Shown here one piece after another: positions 42,073 through 53,426 of a stretch of 64,000 nt of DNA (positions within the stretch are counted from its first letter, which is position 1; every line of letters begins with the position of its first letter). This DNA is from an uncultured Acidimicrobiaceae bacterium. Lineage in GTDB: Bacteria > Actinomycetota > Acidimicrobiia > Acidimicrobiales > Aldehydirespiratoraceae. The translations under genes were made by a program, and so were the position numbers. The notes under the pieces are model-generated. The model did not search any database, was not told the origin of the DNA, and worked only from the letters and a program-made list of their open reading frames with translations. The DNA is taken from positions 218 to 64,217 of the forward strand of contig CAJWHS010000005.1 in assembly GCA_913041415.1 (NCBI GenBank), read 5' to 3'.

Positions 42073-42950
42073 AGTTCGTTGCGGCGAGGAGGGTCGGCGC
42101 CGACCCGCTGGACCGTGATGCTGGCCACGCGGATGGCGAACGCAACGATGTCGCACCACTCGGCGAGCGCGATGGTGGCGAGCGCGCCGGGCGTGTGGAT
42201 GTCACGCTCCCAGAGTTGGGTGAGGACGCCGCCACAGAACGAGTCGCCGGCGCCGACGGTGTCGGCCACCGGGACACGGTCGACTGCGACGGTCGCCGAG
42301 CCCTCGGCAGTGATCGTGGTGACCGAAGAACTCGAGGTCATCAGCACGGCCGCGACACCCCGGTCAAGCAGTTCGCCGGCGCAGTCGGCCGGATCACGAT
42401 CCGGCCAGATCCAGGCGAAGTCGTCGTCGGAGCCCCGGAACAGTGAGCAGGCGGCAACCCACCGGTCGAACCACGGATCCCACTGCTGACGGCCGAGCGG
42501 TTCGATGATTCGTGGTCGAGCGTTCGGATCAAACGACACGATGCCGTCAATCGTTTCTGCAATTTCGGCGAGCGCCGATGCGGCCGGCTCACGAAAGATC
42601 CCGAGCGTACCTCCGTGCAGCAGGTGCGGTCCACCCTCGAGCAGGCCCGGGTCGGGCATCTCGACGAACCGGTCGGCGGTGCCATCGCCGTGGAAGTGGA
42701 ATGTGGGGGGATCGCCGATGACCTCGGCTCGGCAGGTCGGTTCGTTGCGCCGTTGGGTGAGCCGAAGATCGACACCGGACGTCTCGAGGTGAGCCCAGAT
42801 GGCGTTGCCGTGCTCGTCGGTGGAGACGGCCCCGAGAAATGCCGTTGGTGCACCGAGTCGGGCGCAGGTGACGGCGGTGTTCATCGGGCCGCCCCCCGGG
42901 ACCGCGTGGGGGACGAGATCGACGAGCGCCTCGCCGGCCGTGATGATCAT
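42069..42950 (-). CDS. PfkB-family carbohydrate kinase (fructokinase-like)
   Basis: I chose the internal ATG at 42950. GEALVDLV at the N-terminus and the DTVGAGDSF ATP-binding motif. Confidence 0.85.
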   Translation of the reverse strand: MIITAGEALVDLVPHAVPGGGPMNTAVTCARLGAPTAFLGAVSTDEHGNAIWAHLETSGVDLRLTQRRNEPTCRAEVIGDPPTFHFHGDGTADRFVEMPDPGLLEGGPHLLHGGTLGIFREPAASALAEIAETIDGIVSFDPNARPRIIEPLGRQQWDPWFDRWVAACSLFRGSDDDFAWIWPDRDPADCAGELLDRGVAAVLMTSSSSVTTITAEGSATVAVDRVPVADTVGAGDSFCGGVLTQLWERDIHTPGALATIALAEWCDIVAFAIRVASITVQRVGADPPRRNEL

Positions 42951-42978
42951 GCCGATTCCCCAGCAGGTCCGCTCGCGT

Positions 42979-43842
42979 TCAACGGGCGATCCGGATCGCT
43001 GCGGGCACGGCCTCGAGCACGGTGTTGCCGGTGGTGATCGGCTCGCCGTCGCCCCAGACGGCGACCTCGGCGGCGATCCCGATCCGGTGGCCACGATGGG
43101 TGTGTACCTTCGGGTGGTCGAGATGGGTGCCCTTGAACACCCGATTGAAGAACCAGAGCAGCTCGATGCGGTTGACCCCGTCGACGACGGTCACGTCGAG
43201 CAGGCCGTCGTTAGGGTCGGCATCGGGGCAGATGTGCATGCCGCCGCCGAACCAGGCCGTGTTGGCGACGGCGATCATCACGGCGTCGTGTGCGTGTGTC
43301 GTGCCATCGACGGTGATCGTGGTGGGCCGCCGTTTGAGAGCAGGCAGTTCGAGCACGGTGGCGACGGTGTAGCGGCTCTGTCCTTTCGGCCGACGCAACC
43401 GGTTGGCTCGATCGTTCACATCTGCGCTGAAGCCGGCGGTGGCGACCGACGCTACCCAACGATCGCCGACACGAATCGCATCGATCGGGTTCGGGTCGCC
43501 GAGCGCAACAGCTGCGGCCTGGAGCGGATCCTCAGAGATACCCGGGAGTGCCCGGACGAAATCGTTGCCGGTACCGACCGGCACCACGCCAAGGATCGTG
43601 TCGGTGCCGGCGACGGCTTGTACAGCCATGTGGACCATGCCGTCACCGCCGAGCACGACGAGACGCTCGGCACCGGCGGCGACAGCATCACGGGCGTTCG
43701 TCGCAGAGATAGCGGCATCGGCACCAGAGAGATCGATGACGTGACCGCCGAGCGAACGGAGTCGGTCGAGTACCTCGGTCGCGGTATCCGCAGCGCGGCC
43801 TCGCCCCGCCTCCGGGCTCACGAGAACGTGGATGTCGCTCAC
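42979..43842 (-). CDS. diacylglycerol/lipid kinase family protein (YegS/DagK-like)
   Basis: 287-aa ORF with VLGGDGMVH and PVGTGNDFVRAL motifs. Confidence 0.85.
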   Translation of the reverse strand: MSDIHVLVSPEAGRGRAADTATEVLDRLRSLGGHVIDLSGADAAISATNARDAVAAGAERLVVLGGDGMVHMAVQAVAGTDTILGVVPVGTGNDFVRALPGISEDPLQAAAVALGDPNPIDAIRVGDRWVASVATAGFSADVNDRANRLRRPKGQSRYTVATVLELPALKRRPTTITVDGTTHAHDAVMIAVANTAWFGGGMHICPDADPNDGLLDVTVVDGVNRIELLWFFNRVFKGTHLDHPKVHTHRGHRIGIAAEVAVWGDGEPITTGNTVLEAVPAAIRIAR

Positions 43843-44603
43843 AGACCGAGGTAGCGGCCGCCGTCGACGGCCATGGTCTGACCCGTCATGTGGCGGGCCA
43901 TGTCAGAAGCAAGGAAGACGGCGACCGGCCCGATGTCGGTTTCGGGATCGCCGATACGGCCGAGCGGCGTGCGGGCCTCGAGACGGGCCTGCAGGGTCGG
44001 GTTGGCCTGGGTGGCGGTGGTCATGGCAGGGGTCCAGGCAACGGGGGCGATCGCGTTGACCCGGATGCTGTCGGGTCCCCATTCGCGAGCGAGTGATTTG
44101 AGCAGACCTCGCTGGGCTCCCTTCACCGTGGCGTAGACCGGCAGGTTGCCCGAGCCCTCCATGCCGGCCGGCGACGTGAGCAGGATCAGCGTTCCGCGAT
44201 TGGCGGCGAGGTGTGGATGAGCAGCCCGGGCGAAGAGGTACGACGCAGTGGTCGACGTCGCGATCTGGGCGGTGATGACATTGGGATCGACCGCCTGTAC
44301 CGGGCCAGGCGGACCCGGCGGGGAGACCGCGTTGTGCACCACGATGTCGAGTCGGCCATGAGTGTCGATCGTGTGCTCGATCGCCGCCTCCACGTCGGTC
44401 TCGAGGGTGACGTCACACCGCACGAAGCTCGCCTCGTGGCCTCGCTCCCGAAGCACGGCTGCGGCAGGTTTGCCGTTCTCAGCCCGGCGGGCTGCGATCA
44501 CGACTGCCGCTCCTGCATCGGCGAGGGCGCGGGCGATCCCTTCGCCGACACCCTGGCCAGCGCCGGTCACGATCGCGACCTTGTCGGTGAGCAGTCTGGT
44601 CAT
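43839..44603 (-). CDS. short-chain dehydrogenase/reductase
   Basis: I chose the internal ATG at 44603. VTGAGQGVGEGIA and catalytic YATVKGAQ. It has 4-nt overlaps with both neighbours. Confidence 0.85.
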   Translation of the reverse strand: MTRLLTDKVAIVTGAGQGVGEGIARALADAGAAVVIAARRAENGKPAAAVLRERGHEASFVRCDVTLETDVEAAIEHTIDTHGRLDIVVHNAVSPPGPPGPVQAVDPNVITAQIATSTTASYLFARAAHPHLAANRGTLILLTSPAGMEGSGNLPVYATVKGAQRGLLKSLAREWGPDSIRVNAIAPVAWTPAMTTATQANPTLQARLEARTPLGRIGDPETDIGPVAVFLASDMARHMTGQTMAVDGGRYLGL

Positions 44604-45208
44604 CCCGGCATCCAAAGGCCGCCGTCGACCACGAGCGACGATCCGACGAGTGGAGCAGCATTGCCGCTTGCCAGCCACTCGATGATGGGCGCGATGTCGT
44701 CGGTGTCATCGGGGACCCGCCCGAGGGGCGGATCGTGGAGGGCGTTGTCGGCTGCGATATCGGCTGCATCCTGCGCAGCGAGGAAGGCGTGGGGGTCGAG
44801 CGTGATGCTGTGGGCGGTGATGCCGTCGGCGCCCCACGTCTTGGCCAACGACTTGGCCAGCAGACGAATCCCTTCACCCAGCGACGCCAGCGCCGTGTAC
44901 TCGGCGCCGCCGGCCGATGCCATCAAGGGCACGAGCACGACGAACGTGCCGCTGTTCGCCGCCAAGGCTTCATACGCCTCGCAGGCGAGGTCGATCACCG
45001 TCCGCAGCGGGCGATCACACGCCTCGTCCCACTCGGCCAGGCTCAGGTCGGTGAGGCGGCAAGGCGCGCACGCCGCCGCCGGGTAGTCCGCCCAAACGAC
45101 GAGATCGAGTGACTCGGCACCGGGTGTCCGTTCGATCTCCCAGCCGGAGAGGCCGGCTGCGATTCGGTCGGCGACGCCGGTGCCGACGATCAGCGCTCGT
45201 CGAGCCAT
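44600..45208 (-). CDS. SDR-like protein with degenerate cofactor and catalytic motifs
   Basis: I chose the internal ATG at 45208 (202 aa). The fold-like pattern is retained, including the C-terminal GSSLVVDGGLWMPG. The Gly motif reads VGTGVADRIA. The YxxxK position reads YTALA, so the Lys is absent. Confidence 0.55.
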   Translation of the reverse strand: MARRALIVGTGVADRIAAGLSGWEIERTPGAESLDLVVWADYPAAACAPCRLTDLSLAEWDEACDRPLRTVIDLACEAYEALAANSGTFVVLVPLMASAGGAEYTALASLGEGIRLLAKSLAKTWGADGITAHSITLDPHAFLAAQDAADIAADNALHDPPLGRVPDDTDDIAPIIEWLASGNAAPLVGSSLVVDGGLWMPG

Positions 45209-46014
45209 GTCGGCCAATCCTCGGTCGCGCTCAGCGACCACTCGGGGTCGCGTTTTTCCATGAATGCCTGGACGCCTTCTCTTGCGTCGACGGTACCCAT
45301 CAGGTGGAGGTGAAGGTCTCGTTCGAGTTCGTTGATCTCGTCGGGTCCCGGTGCGGACATCCAGAGCAGCCGCTTCGAAGCTGCGACCGAGACGGGAGCG
45401 GTCTGGGTGGCGATCTCGGTGGCGAGGGCCATCGCTCGGGGAAGTACCTTGTCGGCGGGCAGGGCCTCGGTGGCGAGTCCCCATTCGGCGGCGTCGGTGC
45501 CGCGGAACATGCGGCCGGTCAGCAAGAGTTCTGTCGCCCGGCTGTGGCCGACGAGACGGGGGAGGGTCCAGTGCGCGTGGGCGTCGGGCAGGACACCTCG
45601 CCGGTTCTGCACGATGCCGAGTTTCGCCTCCTCGGCAACGATGCGGAGGTCGCACTGCAGCGTCATTGTCATGCCGATCCCGACAGCGTGGCCGTTGATC
45701 GCGGCGATGACCGGCTTGCGGCACTCCCAGGGATGAAAGGGGTCGAGCGGATCGGACGAGAACGTTTCCTTCGTCGGGGCGGCAAACGCGCTGGAGCCCT
45801 TTGAAAAGTCGGCGCCTGCACAGAATGCTCGTCCCGAACCGGTGACGACGACGACCCGGATCGAGTCGTCGGTATCGGCGTCACGGAGTGCAGCCGTGAA
45901 GGCGGCACTCATCTCGCTCGAGAACGCATTCATCGTTTCGGGCCGGTTGAAGGTGACGACGAGTACGCCGGGATCGTGACGTGCGATCAGGGCGGCGTCG
46001 GTCGACTCGTTCAT
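45190..46014 (-). CDS. enoyl-CoA hydratase/isomerase (crotonase family)
   Basis: 274-aa ORF with the oxyanion-hole block GSGRAFCAGADF and AAINGHAVGIG. Confidence 0.9.
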   Translation of the reverse strand: MNESTDAALIARHDPGVLVVTFNRPETMNAFSSEMSAAFTAALRDADTDDSIRVVVVTGSGRAFCAGADFSKGSSAFAAPTKETFSSDPLDPFHPWECRKPVIAAINGHAVGIGMTMTLQCDLRIVAEEAKLGIVQNRRGVLPDAHAHWTLPRLVGHSRATELLLTGRMFRGTDAAEWGLATEALPADKVLPRAMALATEIATQTAPVSVAASKRLLWMSAPGPDEINELERDLHLHLMGTVDAREGVQAFMEKRDPEWSLSATEDWPTWLDER

Positions 46015-46142
46015 CGGCGAAGACCGTACCCCTACCCGTTGGGCCGTGCGGAACCGATCAGTCGACGACCCGGCAACGAGCTCAGCAGCTACGGACTGAC
46101 TGGCGCCTTCGGCGCAGCGAGCCTGGAGGTTTCCTGACCTGG

Positions 46143-48478
<2,336 letters not shown>

Positions 48479-48482
<4 letters not shown>

Positions 48483-49222
48483 GCGGGGACTCCGTCGTCT
48501 TCGTAGACGTAGCCGTCGGTGGCCATCGTGAGCCGATGCCGCGGCCCCGCGACCGTGCCGTCGCCGGTGTCGTAGCCGGCGTCGCCCTCCCACATCACGA
48601 CGGGGAAGTCGCCGCCCGACGCGACCTTGGTGGCGTGGTGGCGGGCGGGGCGTTCGTCGAGAAACTCGAGCAGCGACGCGACCGTGTCGTGGCCGGTGAG
48701 GGTGTCGAGCGTGACCCAGGTGGGTGGCACGATCTCGATCTCACCGTCGTGATGCTTGGCCAGCACTGCGGCCGGGGTGGCCCACGACATCTCGACGATT
48801 TCGCCGTCGTCGATGATCACGTCGTCGTCATCGACCGGAGCAGCGAAGAACCAGGTGGCGTAACGCTTCGGCGCGATCGCCGGCGGGATCCAGTGAGCGA
48901 ACACGACCATCTCGTGGGCCTCGACCCTCAAGTGCGCCTCTTCGGCCGCCTCGCGGATGGCGGCGTTGCGGGCGGCGTCGACGTCCTCGTCGGCCCCGTC
49001 CCAGTCCTCGTCGTCGACCTTGCCGCCGGGGAACACCCACATGCCACCGAACGCGATCTTGGAGTTCTTGCGCAGCATCAACGTCTCGGGGCCCTCGGGC
49101 CCGTCGCGCAACACGACGACCGTGGCGGCTGGCATGGCCGGCGTGTCGCCGGCCTCCTTTGCGAACGTCGCCCAGGCGGCGTGTCGCTTTCGATCGGTTT
49201 CGACACGGTCCTCGGCGCTCAT
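48479..49222 (-). CDS. NUDIX hydrolase
   Basis: 247-aa ORF with a Nudix box: GGKVDDE...AAIREAAEEAHL. Its stop overlaps the ATPase start by 4 nt. Confidence 0.85.
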
Positions 49223-49242
49223 CGTTTCCGAGGATACCGGTG

Positions 49243-49554
49243 TCAGCGGACCAGGTTGATCGGGCAGGGGGCGCCGTCGACCCCGTCGACATGCGCACCG
49301 ATACCTCGGCCGAGGAGACCGCTCTTCATCACCGTCACCTCGACTGGGAGGCGGGCGAGATCACGGTCGATCAAGATGACGACGTCGCCCACCTGTGTCC
49401 GGTGGTAGACGTCGAGCCTGCGGCCGGTTGCGCGAGTGTCGACCGACACCTCGAACTTCTTGCCTCAACCGTACGGCTCGAGCAGATCGACGATGGCCGT
49501 GCCGCCCTTCCGGGCGATGTTGGCCACGGCGGTTTCGGTGACATCGAGTCGCAT
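49243..49554 (-). CDS. small protein gene with one in-frame TGA (codon 30): candidate selenoprotein or nonsense-disrupted gene
   Basis: ATG 49554 opens MRLDVTETAVANIARKGGTAIVDLLEPYG, followed by TGA at 49465-49467. The same frame continues GKKFEVSVDTRATGRRLDVYHRTQVGDVVILIDRDL...INLVR to the stop at 49243. Both parts have high GC3. The tracked ORF 49243..49449 is only the downstream part. Confidence 0.45.
49434..49452 (-). other. bulged hairpin with GGUC tetraloop 13 nt downstream of the in-frame UGA (SECIS-like)
   Basis: On the minus-strand RNA: GAG(G)GUGUC-GGUC-GACACUC. That is 7 bp plus one bulged G, extendable by one C:G pair. The loop occupies nt 24-27 counted from the U of UGA. Confidence 0.3.
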
Positions 49555-49612
49555 GGCGGTGTGAACCGTTGCGGCTCCGCGGAAATTCCTCTATCACCCT
49601 CTTGCCATGAGA

Positions 49613-49626
49613 CGAACATATGTTCG
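49613..49626. promoter_or_regulatory. LexA SOS box upstream of / overlapping the imuA' start region
   Basis: The perfect palindrome CGAACATATGTTCG matches the Gram-positive/actinobacterial consensus CGAAC-N4-GTTCG. It is flanked by TTGCCA (49602-49607) and GATACT (49626-49631). Confidence 0.8.
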
Positions 49627-49637
49627 ATACTCGCGCG

Positions 49638-50339
49638 ATGGCAACGGGCCACGCTCGAAACCTCGCCGTCGAGCTCGACGAGCGGGCGGATTCGGCGACC
49701 CGTCGCGCCGAGCTTCGGCTCGTCGGCGACCGGGTCACGCCGATGGCTCTGGCGCGCGAGCAGACCCTTCCGGTGCTCGGTCCGCTCGTCCCGCTGTTCC
49801 CCGAAGGAGCGTTGCGGCGGGGGAGCATCGTCGGTGTCCGGGGCTCGGGCGCCACGTCGCTGGCGATGGCCGTCGCCGCAGGTCCGTCGACCTCGGGAGC
49901 CTGGACTGCGGTCGTCGGCGACCCTGATCTCGGGCTGGCCGCTGTCGGTGAACTGGGGGTGGCCCTCGAACGCCTGTTGATCGTGCGGCCCGAGCCCGGC
50001 AACTGGTCCTCGGCACTTGCTGCGCTCGTCGGTGCCGTCGACGTCGTCATCGCCGCCCCCCGGCACTGCATCAGCGACACTGATGCCCGGCGCATGGCGG
50101 CTCGTCTACGGGAGCGGGGCTCGGTGCTGATCCACGTCGGTGATCGTTGGCCGGTCGGTGCCGACGTGCAGCTCGACATCGCTGCAGGTGAATGGGAGGG
50201 GCTCGGCGACGGCCATGGGGTGCTGCGGTCGCGGCGCCTCGACATCCAGGGCAGCGGTCGGGGGTCGGCGTCGTGTCCCCGTCAGCTCGAACTCCTCGTG
50301 CCTGGCCCCGGTGGGGCGGTGGCCGCACTCGCCGCGTGA
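49638..50339 (+). CDS. imuA': ImuA' (RecA-fold SOS mutasome accessory protein)
   Basis: The translation LPVLGPLVPLFPEGALRRGSIVGVRGSGATSLAMAVAAGPSTSGAWTAVVGDPDLGLAA... is typical of ImuA'. I preferred ATG 49638 (predicted leaderless) over the tracked ATG 49620, which lies inside the SOS box. The stop overlaps the imuB start (GTGA). Confidence 0.8.
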   Translation: MATGHARNLAVELDERADSATRRAELRLVGDRVTPMALAREQTLPVLGPLVPLFPEGALRRGSIVGVRGSGATSLAMAVAAGPSTSGAWTAVVGDPDLGLAAVGELGVALERLLIVRPEPGNWSSALAALVGAVDVVIAAPRHCISDTDARRMAARLRERGSVLIHVGDRWPVGADVQLDIAAGEWEGLGDGHGVLRSRRLDIQGSGRGSASCPRQLELLVPGPGGAVAALAA

Positions 50340-51892
50340 GCGCGCCGGTCCGCACCCTCGTCGCCTGGTGTCCCGACTGGCCCGTCGTCGCCACCGGCGT
50401 CGATCTTGCCGAGCCGGTGGCGGTCGTGTACGCCAACCGCATCGTGGCGGCGTCGCCCGGTGCCCGGGCCCAGGGGGTCGCCCGGGGCATGCGGCGCCGT
50501 GCCGCTCAGGGCCGGTGTGCCACGCTTGCACTTCACGAACGTGACGAGGCCCGTGAAGCCCGACTGTTCGAGCCGGTTGTCGCCGCACTCGACGACATCA
50601 CCCCACGGGTCGAAGTCACCCGGCCCGGCACGTGTGCGCTCGTGATGCGGGGGCCGTCGCGCTATTTCGGCGGCGATGCCGCCGTCGCCGGCCTCGTCCA
50701 CGAGCGCCTCACCGAGGTCGTCGCCGGACGTACCGACATTCGGGTCGGTGTGGCCGACGGCCCCTTCGCCGCCGAGCTCGCCGCACGCACGGCCAATCCC
50801 ACCCGTCTCGTCCCGGGTGGCGATGTCGCCGGGTTTCTCGCTCCGATGAAGGTTGACGTACTCGAACGCCCAGAGCTGGTCGACGTGCTTCGCCGTCTCG
50901 GGGTTTGCACGCTGGGAGCGCTTGCCGACCTGCCGGCATCCGACGTCCTCGCTCGTTTCGGCTCCGACGGGCTCGGCGCCCATCGCCTTGCGTGCGGACG
51001 CGACGAGCGCCCACCCGACGCCCGCCGACCGCCGGTCGACTGGACCGTGTCGGACGAGATCGATCCGCCGGCCGACCGGGTCGACCGGGTGGCGTTCCTC
51101 GCCCGCACCCTCGCCGACGAACTTCATCGCCGACTCGGCCGCGACGGAGTCACCTGCGTGCGGGTCGGGATCGAAGCCGAGACCGAACACGGCGAGCAGC
51201 TGCTCCGCTTCTGGCGCCACGAGGGGACGCTGTCCGACGCCGCCGTCGCCGATCGGGTGCGATGGCAGCTCAATGGCTGGCTCAGTGGGTCGGCCACCAA
51301 CCGTCCGAGCGGTGGCATCACCCGGCTGGCGTTGATCCCCGACGAACTCATCGCCGCCAAGGGTCGCCAGCTTGGGTTCTGGGGCGGTGAGACCGAGGTC
51401 GACCAACGGGCTGTACGGGTCGCCGCCCGGTTGCAGGGTCAGCTCGGCGCCGATGCCGTTCTCGTTCCTGAACGCAAAGGCGGCCGTCACCCCGACTCGC
51501 AGCTCCGACTGGTACCGGCCGCCACGGTCGAACTGACGGGTCGGTCACTCGACCCCGAACCTGACGCCGCACCGTGGCCCGGTATGCTTCCAGCGCCGTC
51601 ACCCACCAGAGTCCTGGCCGAGCCGATCCCGATCGAGGTGCTCGACGAGTGCAACCATGCCGTCGTCGTCACCGGGCGCGGGTTGCTGTCGGCGTCGCCA
51701 TTCGTGCTCGCCGCTCGTGGCAAACGGATCGAGGTGCGGCACTGGGCCGGGCCGTGGCCGGTCGACGAACGCTGGTGGGATCCCGAGGCTCACACCCGTC
51801 AGGCTCGCCTCCAGGTGGTCACCGTCGACGGTCGGGCTCATCTCATCGCCCTCGCCGACGGGGCGTGGGCGATCACTGCCCAGTGGGATTAG
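50336..51892 (+). CDS. imuB: ImuB (Y-family-polymerase-like, catalytically inactive adaptor)
   Basis: I chose the GTG at 50336 in ORF 50192..51892. RTLVAWCPDWPVVA...VAVVYANRIVAASPGARAQGV... is the typical ImuB N-terminus. 518 aa, translationally coupled to imuA'. Confidence 0.88.
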   Translation: MSAPVRTLVAWCPDWPVVATGVDLAEPVAVVYANRIVAASPGARAQGVARGMRRRAAQGRCATLALHERDEAREARLFEPVVAALDDITPRVEVTRPGTCALVMRGPSRYFGGDAAVAGLVHERLTEVVAGRTDIRVGVADGPFAAELAARTANPTRLVPGGDVAGFLAPMKVDVLERPELVDVLRRLGVCTLGALADLPASDVLARFGSDGLGAHRLACGRDERPPDARRPPVDWTVSDEIDPPADRVDRVAFLARTLADELHRRLGRDGVTCVRVGIEAETEHGEQLLRFWRHEGTLSDAAVADRVRWQLNGWLSGSATNRPSGGITRLALIPDELIAAKGRQLGFWGGETEVDQRAVRVAARLQGQLGADAVLVPERKGGRHPDSQLRLVPAATVELTGRSLDPEPDAAPWPGMLPAPSPTRVLAEPIPIEVLDECNHAVVVTGRGLLSASPFVLAARGKRIEVRHWAGPWPVDERWWDPEAHTRQARLQVVTVDGRAHLIALADGAWAITAQWD

Positions 51893-52174
51893 CCGGTCGC
51901 CTCGGTCTGCTCGTCGAGGACGTTCCGGATGGAGTCGGAGCGAGCCGTGATGACGGAGATCGTTTCGGTCAACCCGACAACCTGATCGCTATCGGTCATG
52001 ATGGGCGTGTGCAGCATGAACGCGGAACCTCATGACCCGCCTCTTCCAAGTCCGTGCCGTCGCCGGCTTCTGGCTCCACGTCTTCGCCGTCGAGCGCGAT
52101 GAGAGTTGGGAGTTCCGCAACCTCAAGAGCACGACGATGTGCAGCCGCAGTGGTACCCCCGGAGGCCTCTGCCT

Positions 52175-53338
52175 GTGACCGACATGACCGAACGTGACCG
52201 GTGCGAGCGGTGGTTCGTCCGGCGTGGCCTTCCTCACCTGATCGACGATTACACCGCCACCGACGACATCTTCACCCGCATGGCGCCGTTCCTCGCTGGT
52301 GTTGTCTTCCTCGAGTTCTTCCTTGCCTTCGGTGATCGGTGGACGGGCTGGTCCCAGACCGTCGCCTTCCTCGGTGGCATCGCTGCGCTCGTCAGTGGTG
52401 TCGTGCTCGTGAACCGCATCCGAGGCCGTCACTCGTTCCAGCTACCCGATGACATCGGCGTGTGGGAACTCGCCCTCTATGTGCTGTTGCCGATCGTGCC
52501 GACGGTCATCGGCTCGCAGGGGAGTGCCGTTGGGAACGCGGTCTCGGTCGTGGCGTTCAACCTCGTGCTTTTGGCGGTTGGCTATGTCGTTACGTCATGG
52601 GCGCTGATCCCGATGATGCGCTGGTCGTTCGGGCAGGTCCGGCGTCAGGTTACCGATGTCGCAAACCTGGCGATGAAGTCGCTGCCGACCTTGCTCATCT
52701 TCTCTGCCTTCATCTTCATCAACGCCGAGATGTGGCAGGTCGCGAATGATTTCACCCTGCTGTTGTTCGGCATGGTCATGCTGCTCCTAGCGGGGATCGG
52801 CGGCGTCTTCATCTTCGTGTCGGTTCGGCGCCTCACCGTCGACCTCGCCCGCTTCTCGGCGTGGGGTGATGTCCGCCCCCGATGTGCGAACACGCCGGTC
52901 GAGGAGATCATCCCCGCCGACGATGAGCCGGCCCCGGACTCTCCACCACTGGTGCGCCGAGCCGAATGGAACGTCAATCTGCTGTTGTTCGTCGCCCAGG
53001 GCATCCAGGTTCTGCTGGTGTCGCTCGTGATCACGGCGTTCTATGTGGTCTTCGGGCTGTTGACCGTTCGCGAGGAAACGCTGTTGCAGTGGACCACAGT
53101 CGGCGAATTGACCTACGAGCGAGATTGGGCTGTCGATATCGCGATCTTCGGCACCGACCTGATCTTGACCCGCCAGTTGTTGCTCGTTGCGCTCTTCATC
53201 GGGATGTTCTCGGGTCTGAACTTTGCGGTCCAGGTGATCACCGATGACACCTACCGTGAGGAGTTCATCGCCGACATGACCGCCGAGGTGCGCGACGCCC
53301 TCGCCGTGCGAGCGGTGTATCACCGGCGACTTGTATAG
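52175..53338 (+). CDS. hypothetical polytopic membrane protein
   Basis: Long ORF 52106..53338 with about 8 TM segments. I chose GTG 52175 (GGAGG lies 9 nt upstream); ATG 52184 is an alternative. I recognise no family. Confidence 0.6.
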   Translation: MTDMTERDRCERWFVRRGLPHLIDDYTATDDIFTRMAPFLAGVVFLEFFLAFGDRWTGWSQTVAFLGGIAALVSGVVLVNRIRGRHSFQLPDDIGVWELALYVLLPIVPTVIGSQGSAVGNAVSVVAFNLVLLAVGYVVTSWALIPMMRWSFGQVRRQVTDVANLAMKSLPTLLIFSAFIFINAEMWQVANDFTLLLFGMVMLLLAGIGGVFIFVSVRRLTVDLARFSAWGDVRPRCANTPVEEIIPADDEPAPDSPPLVRRAEWNVNLLLFVAQGIQVLLVSLVITAFYVVFGLLTVREETLLQWTTVGELTYERDWAVDIAIFGTDLILTRQLLLVALFIGMFSGLNFAVQVITDDTYREEFIADMTAEVRDALAVRAVYHRRLV

Positions 53339-53426
53339 CAGTCTGACCTTTGGTGGCCCGACCTCCTTGATGCGATCGTCGATCAATCGACATCAATGGG
53401 TGATGTCCGCTCCGTACGGTTCGGAC

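Noticed and set aside
51889-52178. Two short ORFs in the imuB-to-membrane-protein gap: a 36-aa minus-strand ORF (51889-51999, MTDSDQVVGLTETISVITARSDSIRNVLDEQTEATG) and a 49-aa plus-strand ORF (52032-52178, MTRLFQVRAVAGFWLHVFAVERDESWEF...).
   Set aside because: Both are below the size at which composition alone is convincing. Neither has a recognisable motif or a clear RBS. In high-GC DNA, ORFs of this length arise readily by chance.
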